Source: Octopus bimaculoides
Lineage: Eukaryota
DNA length: 41,935 nt
Assembly (NCBI RefSeq): GCF_001194135.2
Contig: NC_068992.1
Span: forward strand, 7,727,704 to 7,769,638
Direction of reading: 5' to 3'
In this document: positions 23,634 to 36,184 of the stretch, one piece after another
Numbering within the stretch: the stretch's first letter is position 1
How the letters are laid out: the number at the start of each line of letters is the position of its first letter
Translations under genes and position numbers: made by a program
The notes under the pieces: model-generated
The model's input: the letters and a program-made list of their open reading frames with translations, nothing else
Told to the model about the DNA's origin: nothing
The model's database searches: none

Positions 23634-24534
23634 AAGAGATAGAAGATCACCTATGACGCCAGACTCTCACCTTCATTTTTACCACCACCACCACCACCAC
23701 CACTACCACCACTAACACCACCACCACCAACACCACCACCAACACCAACGCTACCACCACCAACACCACTACTAGACTAACACTTCACCTCTACTAGAAC
23801 TACTCATGCCACCACTACCACCACAACTACAACCCATATCACCAACAGCACAACCACCACTATCACAACTGCCTCCACTACCATCACTACCACCCATACC
23901 ACCACCACTGCCACTACCACCACCACCACCACCACCACCACTTCCACAGCAATCATCACAATCACCACAACCATAACCACCACCGGTATCATCATCACCG
24001 ACACCNNNNNNNNNNNNNNNNNNNNNNNNNNNNNNNNNNNNNNNNNNNNNNNNNNNNNNNNNNNNNNNNNNNNNNNNNNNNNNNNNNNNNNNNNNNNNNN
24101 NNNNNNNNNNNNNNNNNNNNNNNNNNNNNNNNNNNNNNNNNNNNNNNNNNNNNNNNNNNNNNNNNNNNNNNNNNNNNNNNNNNNNNNNNNNNNNNNNNNN
24201 NNNNNNNNNNNNNNNNNNNNNNNNNNNNNNNNNNNNNNNNNNNNNNNNNNNNNNNNNNNNNNNNNNNNNNNNNNNNNNNNNNNNNNNNNNNNNNNNNNNN
24301 NNNNNNNNNNNNCTTCTCTTTAAATATTTGTGTGTTTACAGCACACTTTTCTTCTGCGTTTAACGCGCGCGCGCGCATAAATGCATACATGCACACACAC
24401 ACACACTCACTCATTTACATATATATATATATAGAGAGAGAGAGATAGATAGATAAATAGATAGATAGATATTTGTTTGTGTGTGTGTGTGTGTGTATGT
24501 GTGTGTGTGTATGTGTGTGTGTGTATGTGTGTGT

Positions 24535-24731
24535 GTTTGTCTCCACTACCACCACTTGACAACTAGAGTTGGTGTGTTTACGTCCCCGTAACTTAGCGGT
24601 TCGGCAAAGTAATAAGTACCAGGCTTTAAAAAAAGTAAGTCCTGAGGTCGATTCGTCTGATAAAAAAAACTCTTTAAGTCGTGCCCCAGCATGGCCACAG
24701 TCTAATGACTGGAACAATAAACGATAAAAGA
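24535..24731 (+). mobile_element. Family B SINE 3' half
   Basis: gtttacgtccccgtaacttagcggttcggcaaa...ccccagcatggccacagtctaatgactggaac. Confidence 0.85.
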
Positions 24732-24734
24732 TAT

Positions 24735-24768
<34 letters not shown>

Positions 24769-25134
24769 ACTCTCATATCATCCATCAGTAAATATTTATA
24801 TGAGCATTTGTTGAACACTTTTGGTGTAAAATACCTCGTTAGGACTAATTATTGATTACCCATTGGAGTAATTAAATATCTTGTTACCGAGTAATTACAT
24901 CCCTAGAACAGTAACAACGAATTATTTTATATCTAGCAAGATTTTTCTTTCTTTTTCTTTTTTCTTTTCTTATTTTCTTTTGTAAATAATCTTTAGAAAT
25001 ATACTTATATCGGTTTACGCTTTAGATAAACGCTTATAGGGTAAGCAGCTTAATTTTCTAATATATTTATAACGCTTGTGGTGCAATAAAATGTAACCAA
25101 AAGTTTGAAATTAAAGATATAAAATTAAATAATA

Positions 25135-25332
25135 CATTCAAATTTTGGCACAAGGCCAGCAATATAAAGGAAAAGAGATACGTGACTGGTACTGTATTTT
25201 ATCATTCTTGAAATGAGGAAAGATCACATTAACCGCAGCGGGACTTGAGCTCAGATCACAACGAACCGGGTGAAATGCCACCAACCAAGCATTTCGTGTG
25301 ATGTGTTAACGGCTCTACTAGCTCGCTCCCTT
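25135..25332 (-). mobile_element. Family C SINE, decayed
   Basis: aaattttggcacaaggccagcaat tail reversed; head remnant ctctactagctcgctccc. Confidence 0.65.
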
Positions 25333-25610
25333 TGTAAAGATAAACTGCTCATAAGATGATAGAAATAGTTAACTTCAATGATATTTTGTTGCGGGAATAA
25401 AAAATTTAAGAAAAAAACAGTTGCTTTAGTGTTGGGAATAGAGCATTTAAATACAGACGTCGTATAGCCGAATAGTTGAGAAGTTGACCTCGTATCTAGA
25501 AGATCCTGATTTCGGTCCCAGAACTAACATCTCTGACAAATGTCTACTTTCTTCTTATTTTTTCAAAATCCCTGGTCTTCTGAGTGACATAGGTCACATG
25601 GAAACTGTAT

Positions 25611-25654
25611 AAATTACAGGTATAATCTCCATCGGGAGATTATACCTGTAATTT
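25611..25654. repeat. Perfect 20-bp inverted repeat with a 4-nt loop
   Basis: aaattacaggtataatctcc-atcg-ggagattatacctgtaattt. Confidence 0.95.
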
Positions 25655-25795
25655 TAAAAGTACAACTTTACCTCGCACTCCGTCACTTTAGAATTACTTG
25701 TAGATTACCCGTAACTGTGTCTGTGGAAGGCTCAGCCACATATATATTACTTCAGGAGCAGCTAATTCAGTATATCTAACAATTGAATCTTTATC

Positions 25796-25853
25796 GTTTC
25801 TTCTTTGCGTTGTTTCTTCTTTGCGTTGTTTCTTCTTTGCGTTGTTTCTTCTT
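25796..25853. repeat. 16-bp tandem repeat, 3.6 copies
   Basis: (gtttcttctttgcgtt)3 + gtttcttctt, directly abutting a 5'-truncated C SINE. Confidence 0.95.
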
Positions 25854-25859
25854 AACTCA

Positions 25860-26012
25860 TTACGTTCTGAGTTCAAATTCCGCTGAGGTCGACTTTGTCC
25901 TTCATCCTTTTAGAGTTGATGAAATAAGTACCAGTTAAGTAGTGGAGTCAATGTAGTTACCTTGACCCACTCCCCTCAAAATTGCTGGCCTTGTTCCAAA
26001 GTTAGAAAGAAT
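25860..26012 (+). mobile_element. Family C SINE, 5'-truncated
   Basis: gttctgagttcaaattccgctgaggtcgactttgtccttcatcc...aattgctggccttgttcc. Confidence 0.8.
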
Positions 26013-26575
26013 AATAGAACAATACTTCATGTGACTACTTTGATGAGAAAATGTTGAAGTGTGCTTTTGCAAGAATTGTGGGAGCAAGAAAAATTTTGGC
26101 AATGTAATTCTACACTCTCAGAATCTATGAGGAATTGACTGCTTCTTTTTAATCTTACGCTGTATACACATATATTATAGCTTCAAATAAATCACAATTT
26201 TTATGAAGTCATTGAGCTCTTTTGGTGAAAAGAACATCGTCGGGACGACTAATTATGAAATATCCTGCGGAGTACGACTGTGTCTGATTACCAAATATGT
26301 ATCCTCCAAGGAAGTTTTTTTCCATGTTGATCACTTTGAAGTAGCTTTTACTAGCAAGATAGTTTCATTGGGTGGGTATATAAATGCCTGTTTTTCAATA
26401 CGTTAGTTCGTTCTTGACAATTTTCTTTTACTTTTTATCGAGCACCCTCTGACTAATAGCCGGGAGATAAAGTCCGTGAAACAGCATTTTGTAGCGGATC
26501 ATATACTATAGAATATTTCAATATAAGTACGCAGAACATATTCAGAGCGTAAGAACATACATACATACATACATA

Positions 26576-26859
26576 GTTGGCACTCCGTCGCTTACGACGA
26601 CGAGGGTTCCAGTTGATCCGTTCAACGGAACAGCCTGCTCGTGGAATTAACATGCAAGTGGCTGAGCACTCCACAGACACGTGTACCCTTAACGTAGTTC
26701 TCGGAGATATTCAGCGTGACACAGAGTGTGACAAGGCTGGCCCCTTTGAAAATACAGGTACAACAGAAACAGGCAGAAAGAGTGAGAGAAAGTTGTGGTG
26801 AAAGAGTACAGCAGGGTTCGCCACCATCCCCTGCCGGAGCCTTATGGAGCTTTAGGTGT
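26576..26859 (-). mobile_element. Family A SINE lacking its tRNA head (subfamily A2)
   Basis: Matches the A body and tail; diagnostic aacatgcaag and aggcagaaag shared with the copy at 28654. Confidence 0.93.
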
Positions 26860-27757
26860 GTGAGTGTGATACATACATACATACATAATATGTGTGTGTG
26901 TGAGAGAGAGAGAGTGTGTAAATATATGCTCATATGTATGCATATTAACGCAATAGAAACAAATCAAGAAATATACCCACATATTATTATATGAATTAAA
27001 TGCAGGATAACTGAAGAATACATGAAATCGTTTTCAAAACTTCATTTGGTTATACGAAACTATAAAGTAATAATATATTGATTTCAAATCTTATCCGAAA
27101 AGACAAAAGGCAATTTGAACTCTGAACGTTAAAGACAGACAAAATAACGCTAAGCATTTTGTTCGTATATTACGAAGCACAAACATTAAAACTTTTAATA
27201 ACAATAATAAAGTACAAACATGCGAACTCGCGAACCAATAACTAAAGATCAATGTAATTCATGAATTCAATGGTGAACGCGAAGGTGGTAAACTTCACGA
27301 CTGCAACTGTTATATTGACTACATAAATACAACAGCCGATTTATCATACGCTTACAGCAAGAAGCAAATTTAATGCGCAACACAGCATAACACAAAGCAA
27401 AACTATTTAGGGAAACATTAGCAGACAACACTCCTATGCGCTACAGACGGTAACTGATGGAAACTTTCAATACTCATAAAACAGCACAATGCCAGAATAA
27501 ACAAACAAACAACATATAAGGTCGAAAACAAAGAAGAATGACGTATAAATTTTCAAATATTGGCAGTAATGTTTGTCCCAATCATATTGACTTTTTTTTA
27601 TATATAAACAACAGCAGATGATAAATTTAAGAACGTCACTTCCCCACCATAAAAAAGCAAATAGCGCATAGGAAACTATGAAGAAAAATAAAGACTTTAT
27701 AAAAGATAAAACTAGAACACAGTCGTGTATTCATCATGACATTTCCACATAGATAGC

Positions 27758-27793
<36 letters not shown>

Positions 27794-27838
27794 CAGATAG
27801 ATAGACAGACAGACACACACACACACACGCACATACAC

Positions 27839-27886
<48 letters not shown>

Positions 27887-28601
27887 CATGCATACATATA
27901 TAGATGTAATATAAAATACACTCTTTCATTATGTGTTTATTTAGTTGCTGCGATGCTGGGACACAGCTAAAGATGTTATGATATGCTGACAAAACACATA
28001 GAAATTCCTGCTCTGAAAGGAATGCTGAACCCCAATCCGTACTCATATATAGTGTCATCTCGATGGGTCTGACGCTGTTGTCTTGCTGAGCAATTTCATG
28101 GCTTCTGATACTCCGGCATGTGTCTGACCTTTACAATGTACTCTGTCTGGATTTGTGTTTTCCAACCAGGGTCATGCAGCACTTTTAGGTGTCACTATCA
28201 TAGCCAAGAGGCGCCTCGCAAGCGTCTGATATGTAACTCTATATCATCTAAAATGCTTGAGGCTAAGAGTGGTCTTTGATACTTTGATTTTATATATAAA
28301 AAATGTTGCTAGTAATATTAGCAAGTCAAGGATACCATCGGTATATGTATTCTTTCTTAACCGGAACACAATAAGCTATGGGTCAAAGTTCATGTTGCGA
28401 ACATGTAGGCAAAGGCAATCTCCTGTGTAACCAGAGCTTTCCTTCCTTCATGGGACATAGCAGCATGGCTTAGATACAATTGAATCGTGTCACGGTCATA
28501 CTCAACAAATGAAAATGAAAATTCGACCTTATTCACGAGAGAAGTAAAATATTCCCGAGCTCAAAGCTCCCTTCCCGCAGGTGTGCATCAATGTTGTATG
28601 T

Positions 28602-29445
28602 TTAGCTAGGGTGGGTTTTTTTTCCGGTTGTTGCTAGCGGTGATATGTCTTGTGTGGAGGCGCAATGGCCCAGAGGTTAGGGCAGCGTACTCGCGGTCGT
28701 AGGATCACAGTTTCGATTCCCAGACCGGGCGTTGTGAGTGTTTATTGAGCGAAAAGACCTAAAGCTCCACGAGGTTTCGGCAGGGGATGGTGGCGAACCC
28801 TGCTGTACTCTTTCATTACAACTTTCTCTCACTCTTTCTGCCTGTTTCTGTTGTACCTGTAATTCAAAGGGTCAGCCTTGTCACACTGTGTCACGCTGAA
28901 TATCCCCGAGAACTACGTTAAGGGTACACGTGTCTGTGGAGTGCTCAGCCACTTGCATGTTAATTTCACGAGCAGGTTGTTCCGTTGATCGGATCAACTG
29001 GAACCCTCGACGTCGTAAGCGACGGAGTGCCAACAACAAGCAAACAACAAACAAATATGTCTTGTACGAAAGGATTATATGTGGCTTGTGGGGTATTTCT
29101 TTTGAAATAAGTGTAAAGATGTTTAATAAAAGTCCCCAGAAATGGTCTTACGTCATTTGGGTATTTTTCTTTTAAATCTGTATATGAGATGTTGTCTATG
29201 TATATTTTATATTTTATATTTTCCGGCATGTTTGGGTGTGTTGGGTCTGCATACGGGGTGATATGTTTATTTTTATTCATCAGTTCTACTAAGTTGGTGT
29301 TGTTCGTGTTGAATGCGGTTAGGTTTATTACTATACCTGGGGATAATGGGTTGGGTGTTTGAGTTTTGTGTGTGGGGTGCATGCGGGTGTTTCGGTGTTT
29401 TTGATGACAGTGTGTGCGGGGGAGGTATTCATCCTTTTGCATCAT
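28602..29445 (-). pseudogene. ORF remnant interrupted by the family A SINE; 143 aa after SINE removal; possibly retroelement-derived
   Basis: MMQKDEYLP...NPFVQDI continues as SPLATTGKKTHPS* once the SINE and one TSD are removed; A/C-rich sense strand; no homology recognised. Confidence 0.35.
28654..29054 (+). mobile_element. Family A SINE, full length, subfamily A2, 11-bp TSD
   Basis: TSD atatgtcttgt at 28643-28653 and 29055-29065; (caa)n tail. Confidence 0.95.
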
Positions 29446-30069
29446 TTTTGAAAAGAGTGAAAAAGATATAAAAATAAAGACGGTCTGTGTTACATCGTTT
29501 TCCGAATTAAGTGTTATATCTCGAAACTAATTACCAACGTAAGTTTAAGGTATGCTTGTACGTAAGTTGAGGTATACCTCTACTCCTTTCCAAGAGAGAG
29601 AGAGAGAGAGAGAGAGGACATTTAACTTGGGTGGCAAATTTAAGCAGTCACCCAGTCGAACATCACCATACAGCCCTTGGGTACCTTTAACTGCAATGAT
29701 TCAAGCCAGATCTCAGCTTTGAGGATAACTTTCTCCCTTTACCCCCTCACTCGTCGTCACAAAACTCCCCAAAGGTCATCAGCGTTGACCTTCCTCTTAT
29801 AAGTCATTAAAAAAATTACACGCAGTCGTTTATTCGAAAGAGCTTTCACAGCAGAAGAGATTTCTTTTTCTTTTCCTTTTTTGTTATACTTCTGTCATGT
29901 ATCAGCTTTCATTTACTTGCTATTTCTCACATTAACCACGCCGAACCTTCTCATCCTTCCAAACAAACTATCGGCTCTAGAAGTCTTTGTGTTCACAATC
30001 ACGGATCAAAGGAGACACAAAGGCGAAGACGTGGGTTTCGTTTTTAGTTTCATTTTTATTTGCTCATTT

Positions 30070-30192
30070 TTTTATTCCTTTCTTTTACCTGTTTCAGTCA
30101 TTTGACTGCAGCCATGCTGGAGCACCGCTTTAAAGGGTTTTTTTTTAGTCGAAGAAATCCACCCCAGGACTTATTCTTTGTAAGCCTAGTAT
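30070..30192 (-). mobile_element. Family B SINE 3' end
   Basis: tttcagtcatttgactgcagccatgctggagcaccgc...ccaggacttattctttgtaagcctagta. Confidence 0.85.
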
Positions 30193-30619
30193 ATAGACAC
30201 TTACACACACACACACACATTCGTGGAGGAAGCGCTTCAACTTTTTCTATCCAAAAAGGTATTTTGCTTTTGGCGTTCGTATTTGTTACTGTCTTTGGTA
30301 GTTGTTAGTCTCCATGGGACTTCAACTGTACAATATATCTATCTTCTATATATCGTTCATCGCTACCGACCCTTTTATAGAGAGAACATCTCTATTAGAC
30401 CTGAATTTCTCAATTTCAACCTCGTTCGTGCTCATTTCGTTTGTGTTTTCGCACATATCCACGTTTTGCGTTCAACACTTGCTCCAAATATTTCATCAAA
30501 GCCCACACAAACCTTTTCTTTTTACCCAGAATTACTAACATGTATTTTCTGCAATCTTTTGCTTTCTCATATGTATATTAAATAAAATCCTTTATTACAC
30601 CGAAAGAGAGACCTCCCAC

Positions 30620-30950
30620 TTCACACGCTTTATGTGTGGTCTTAGGTCCTTCGTTGACAACTCAAAGTCTGTCTCCGCCCTACTTTTAGTCTCCTTATTC
30701 TCACGGAGAGGCAACAATACGTTTATTATACTAACTACATCACTTAGTATTTTTCCAGAACTTCGTTTGGGAGTGTAACACCCTCCTTAATATCTAATAT
30801 CTTACTGCACTTCCTCTGTCTTTTACAGACACCATGGTGCAGTCAGACCTTATTTTGTATGAAACTTAATGCACCAGCATGGTCTTCTATTTCGACTTTC
30901 TGTTAGTATTTTCGTTTGTACGATATTTCCCCCGAATTTCTGCTGTTGAG
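30620..30950 (-). mobile_element. Possible highly decayed RTE-clade LINE C-terminal fragment
   Basis: Frameshifted reading LHHGVCKRQRKCSKILDIKEG...PKRSSGKILSDVV loosely recalls RTE RLRWYGHV...VEG..PRGRPRKTWSDVV; weak. Confidence 0.25.
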
Positions 30951-31103
30951 ACGTTGATATTATCATTTTATTATTGTTTCTGATGCACTTTGCATAAGGT
31001 CGCCATATCTGAACAGTCAGATACAACACTTTATACCTTCATTGACAGCTGCCATGAATCCCCGTGGCCCCCGATCAATATACACTTTGGGCCTTTGACA
31101 TTA

Positions 31104-31154
<51 letters not shown>

Positions 31155-31789
31155 GTGTGTGTGTGTGTGTGTGTCTGTAACTTAGNNNNNNNNNNNNNNN
31201 NNNNNNNNNNNNNNNNNNNNNNNNNNNNNNNNNNNNNNNNNNNNNNNNNNNNNNNNNNNNNNNNNNNNNNNNNNNNNNNNNNNNNNNNNNNNNNNNNNNN
31301 NNNNNNNNNNNNNNNNNNNNNNNNNNNNNNNNNNNNNNNNNNNNNNNNNNNNNNNNNNNNNNNNNNNNNNNNNNNNNNNNNNNNNNNNNNNNNNNNNNNN
31401 NNNNNNNNNNNNNNNNNNNNNNNNNNNNNNNNNNNNNNNNNNNNNNNNNNNNNNNNNNNNNNNNNNNNNNNNNNNNNNNNNNNNNNNNNNNNNNNNNNNN
31501 NNNNNNNNNNNNNNNNNNNNNNNNNNNNNNNNNNNNNNNNNNNNNNNNNNNNATATATATATATATATAAGGACGCTGTCATTACAGACTACAGTTGTTT
31601 ATAAATCTTTGAATTCTGGACTTTTGGATAATTTTAAAGAATTTTCTCGGTCGTAGATTTTGACTCCTGAATCCAGAATATGTCCTGGAAAATACGGGCG
31701 TATGTTAACTCTAGCTCTACCCCATATCAGCGCTGACCGAACAGACATGCAATCACAGGGTTTTCACCCGCTATAGTATTTTTGTTTAT

Positions 31790-31920
31790 CCAGGTCACCC
31801 CTGGGGGGGGGGGGTCTGTGAACATGTTAAGCTGACAGACCTTACAATATCCTGGGGTCCGTGGGAAAACTCAATTAAATAAAAAGGGGTCCTTGGTAGT
31901 GAAAAGACTGGGAACCACTG
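31790..31920. mobile_element. Charlie-like hAT MITE remnant
   Basis: Ends ...ggggtccttggtagtgaaaagactgggaaccactg, the reverse complement of a CAGTGGTTCCCA terminus. Confidence 0.55.
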
Positions 31921-32238
31921 ATATACATTCTAAGTAGGTGTTGAAGACCTTCACAAACATGATACTGCTGACCTTTTTATTCGTTCTCCCTTCTTATATA
32001 ATCAGACGCTGAAGAATTTCGTGGAGTTCTTTTCTTACTTTTTTATTTATGAACCTTCTTTTGTTGCTGCGTAGCCTCGATCTCACCCTATTCTCACCCT
32101 CGATCTCACCCTATGGCGGCGTTAAAACTAATTAGAACGACTTCGTCTGCTTTCCATCGTTCATCACTATATCAATTTACGAGCAACGGGAATTTTGAAA
32201 AACTAAAACAACAATACTAGCAGAACAGTTACATGCGT

Positions 32239-32277
<39 letters not shown>

Positions 32278-32452
32278 TGCACATATCCTGCCACTAAATT
32301 TACCGAGCGAAATTATTAGTGGTTTTTGATATGTCCGTCCAACCATCGTTACTTGCCAGCTTTACTCAGTACACCCGGTTTCGGTCCTGCTTTTCGAGGT
32401 TGTTATAGCTTCAATGTACAAAGGCATCTATCTACTCGATTGTCCGATTAAA

Positions 32453-32843
32453 TGTTGTTGTTGTTGGCACTCCGTCGCTTACGACGTCGAGGGTTCCAGT
32501 TGATCCGATCAACGGAACAGCCTGCTCGTGTAATTAACGTGCAAGTGGCTGAGCACTCCACAGACACGTGTACCCTTAACGTAGTTCTCGGGGATATTCA
32601 GCGTGACACAGTGTGACAAGGCTGACCCTTTGAATTACAGGCACAACAGAAACAGGAAGTAAGAGTGAGAGAAAGTTGTGGTGAAAGAGTACAGCAGGGT
32701 TCGCCACCATCCCCTGCCGGAGCCTCGTAGAGCTTTAGGTGTTTTGGCTCAATAAACACTCACAACGCCCGGTCCGGGAATCGAAACCGCGATCCTATGA
32801 CCGCGAGTCCGCTGCCCTAACCACTGGGCCATTGCACCTCCAC
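32453..32843 (-). mobile_element. Family A SINE, full length
   Basis: End-to-end match with the other A copies; (ttg)n tail. Confidence 0.95.
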
Positions 32844-32929
32844 CTTCATTATATATACCGCTTTATTCGAGTAACACACGTCCGTCTATAATTCTTAATA
32901 TTTCTGCTTCACAATATTTAGTTGCTTTT

Positions 32930-33473
32930 GTTTAGATCATGATTTCAAATCCCATCCAAGTGAATTTTGCCTTTCGTACTTCCAGGGTCGGTAAACTAAG
33001 TCTCAATCTATAAACTGGGGACTTCATTAATTATATACCCCCTCTATTCAAAAACGTGTGCCCTTGCTTCTGTATTGATTTCAAATTTTGGCACAAGGCC
33101 AGCAATTTCAGGCAGGGGCATAAGCCGATGACATCGACCGCATTGTTCAACTGGTACTTATTTTATCGACCCTGAAAGGATGAAAGGCAGAGTAAACCTC
33201 GGACAGTAAAAACGGACGAAACGCCGCTAAGCATTCCACCCGCTCGCTGCCTACCCTTGATTCTATATTCTTTTCTACTCTAGGCACAAGGCCCTAAATT
33301 CTTGGGGGAGGGGCCAGTCGATTAGATCAACTTCTGTATACAACTGGTACTCAATCTATCGACCCCGAAAGGATGAGAGGCAAAGTCGACCTCGGCGAAA
33401 TTTGATCTCAGAACGAAATACCGCTAAGCATTTCGCCCGGCGTGCTAACGTGTCTGCCCGCTCGCCACCTTCT
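32930..33473. mobile_element. Cluster of three family C SINEs: 32930-33070 (+, decayed), 33072-33255 (-), 33270-33473 (-, 14-bp TSD)
   Basis: C body motifs in each; TSD cttgattctatatt at 33256-33269 and 33474-33487. Confidence 0.85.
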
Positions 33474-34353
33474 CTTGATTCTATATTAGAAATTTTGTAT
33501 ATGTTCGATGTCAATAGTACTCCCCCGAAAAATAAGAAACAATTCTTTATATAATTTTATAGCCCATACACTTGTAGTTCTGAGTTTACTTTCTATTTCT
33601 CTGGAGTTCATAAAATAGGTTTGTTCTACAAAAAGTTGTGTTTATCAATAAGAAACTTTTCTGTTTTGAAACAGAATTCGTGTAAATACTCATATGAAAC
33701 ACATATGAAAAATATATTATAGTGTATCTGTTAAAACCATGGCATTCGTAAAATAGGAACTGATAACAGTGTTTCAAGTCCCTTGGGTTTCAAATGTAGG
33801 TTTGAAACTTTGCTAATCTCATTCTTAAAATTGTCACCGTTTAATAACAGTAACAACAAAAAACCAACACGGAAACCTCTACGTAGCCGCTCGTTCTGCT
33901 AGAAATACCAACCAAATTGACCTCAATCTACTTATGTCACACAAAAGGGAAAGACACATTGGACACGAACACCATGTCGCAGCCGGAATGATCATAGATT
34001 TTATGGAGAATTGCTGACCTGGAACTAAACCGTAAGAGCAGGAATAGCAACGGCTTCCAGATTCATAGGAAAACTATTCAGTTTACTAAGCTTTCTTTTC
34101 CTTCTTGTTAACACAAGTCTGGAAAATTGCGGTCATAACAGAGTTGATCACTTGATCTATGGTTACGGATTCATCACTTGAACGACACACTTTCCATAGA
34201 TGACAAGTTAGTCGAGGGAAGATACCCCAGAGAATATTCTACCTACTAAATATAAATTCTGTAGGGTACCACAGTTACGTTCAAGTGTTGGTGTTCTTCC
34301 TGAAATAATTCGGCAATTTCTCAACGAAACTTCACCAAAATTTGCTAACATAC

Positions 34354-34410
34354 CTGAAATCTTCCCAGAATAATGCACGAAGGAAAAGAAAAACAGGGTC
34401 GAAGTTCTTC
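34354..34410 (-). CDS. Candidate 57-nt symmetric exon (frame undetermined; e.g. KNFDPVFLFLRALFWEDF)
   Basis: Near-consensus acceptor catttttttcag| and donor cag|gtatgt; all three frames open. Confidence 0.3.
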
Positions 34411-36146
34411 CTGAAAAAAATGTCTTTTGTAAGTGTCATTGGAAGTGTTTCCATTTCATGTAGCATACCGAGTCTTTTTTCTTTCTTTCTTTTTTTGTTT
34501 TGTTTTGTTAAAGGCAGACGGTAAAACCACTTTCCATCGATAACGGTAATAAAAAAGTTTGAGCGGATATATCCACTTTTCGCGTTGAAAGGGATAATAA
34601 AATTTCAGTCCATTGATTCTGTTGGAGTTATCATCCTTGCTTGTTATCTCTAGATTTTAAACTCTCCCGGAAGAATATTTTGCATTCTAATTATCTGGAT
34701 ATCCTCATTTAATTCACTTATATCACATACATATTTCATATTACATGGATATGACTCTATCGTATATGTATCCTCATAGAAGAACTCCGTTCCATGAAGC
34801 TATAAAGCTAAAAAATGGACGTTCAGAGTGGGAATTGTTCAGCAGAGGCAGTACAATGTTAGACCAGGAGGAGGGGTTAAATACGGAATGCAATTGGTAG
34901 TAGTAGTTGCGCTGTTAGGAGTAAAATGTGATATTAAGCTTGTAGTGATCACAGTAGGGATAACATGAAATTAATGGCAGCGACGGTTGTACGGCGGTCA
35001 GATGTGAGACGATGAGTAGTAACGATGGGGAGTGTTAGTAAAATGCGAGATTTAGAGGAATTGTAGGATCTATTTCAAAACGGGGGCACCAGTATTTTCT
35101 TAACGAAACACTAACGAAACACTTTGAAGCTTGGGACACTGGTAGAATGTGTCATATAAAACATCTTTTACTCTTAGTCTTCTTAACAAAAAAATGTACA
35201 TCGCAAGTTATTCCATGTTAAAGTTGTCGTATTTCTGTAATTTCAACCAATCACTGACGTCTATTCAGCTGAATAGAGTTACTGCTGGGCGGTCATAAAA
35301 ATGTTATTCCCTGTGACATATTTCATCCGGTTTAATCGTAATTTATACGCATATATTGTTTATATAATAAATTACGCTGTGCGTATCTATGTGTGTAACA
35401 ATTTTAGAGTTCNNNNNNNNNNNNNNNNNNNNNNNNNNNNNNNNNNNNNNNNNNNNNNNNNNNNNNNNNNNNNNNNNNNNNNNNNNNNNNNNNNNNNNNN
35501 NNNNNNNNNNNNNNNNNNNNNNNNNNNNNNNNNNNNNNNNNNNNNNNNNNNNNNNNNNNNNNNNNNNNNNNNNNNNNNNNNNNNNNNNNNNNNNNNNNNN
35601 NNNNNNNNNNNNNNNNNNNNNNNNNNNNNNNNNNNNNNNNNNNNNNNNNNNNNNNNNNNNNNNNNNNNNNNNNNNNNNNNNNNNNNNNNNNNNNNNNNNN
35701 NNNNNNNNNNNNNNNNNNNNNNNNNNNNNNNNNNNNNNNNNNNNNNNNNNNNNNNNNNNNNNNNNNNNNNNNNNNNNNNNNNNNNNNNNNNNNNNNNNNN
35801 NNNNNNNNNNNNNNNNNNNNNNNNNNNNNNNNNNNNNNNNNNNNNNNNNNNNNNNNNNNNNNNNNNNNNNNNNNNNNNNNNNNNNNNNNNNNNNNNNNNN
35901 NNNNNNNNNNNNNNNNNNNNNNNNNNNNNNNNNNNNNNNNNNNNNNNNNNNNNNNNNNNNNNNNNNNNNNNNNNNNNNNNNNNNNNNNNNNNNNNNNNNN
36001 NNNNNNNNNNNNNNNNNNNNNNNNNNNNNNNNNNNNNNNNNNNNNNNNNNNNNNNNNNNNNNNNNNNNNNNNNNNNNNNNNNNNNNNNNNNNNNNNNNNN
36101 NNNNNNNNNNNNNNNNNNNNNNNNNNNNNNNNNNNNNNNNNNNNNN

Positions 36147-36184
36147 AGGGTTAGGGTTAGGGTTAGGGTTAGGGTTAGGGTTAG
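36147..36184 (+). repeat. (TTAGGG)n tract emerging from a gap
   Basis: aggg(ttaggg)5ttag; internal to the scaffold. Confidence 0.9.

Noticed and set aside
25796-25853. Regularly repeated 16-mer as a CRISPR-like array
   Set aside because: No spacers, eukaryotic context; a simple tandem duplication
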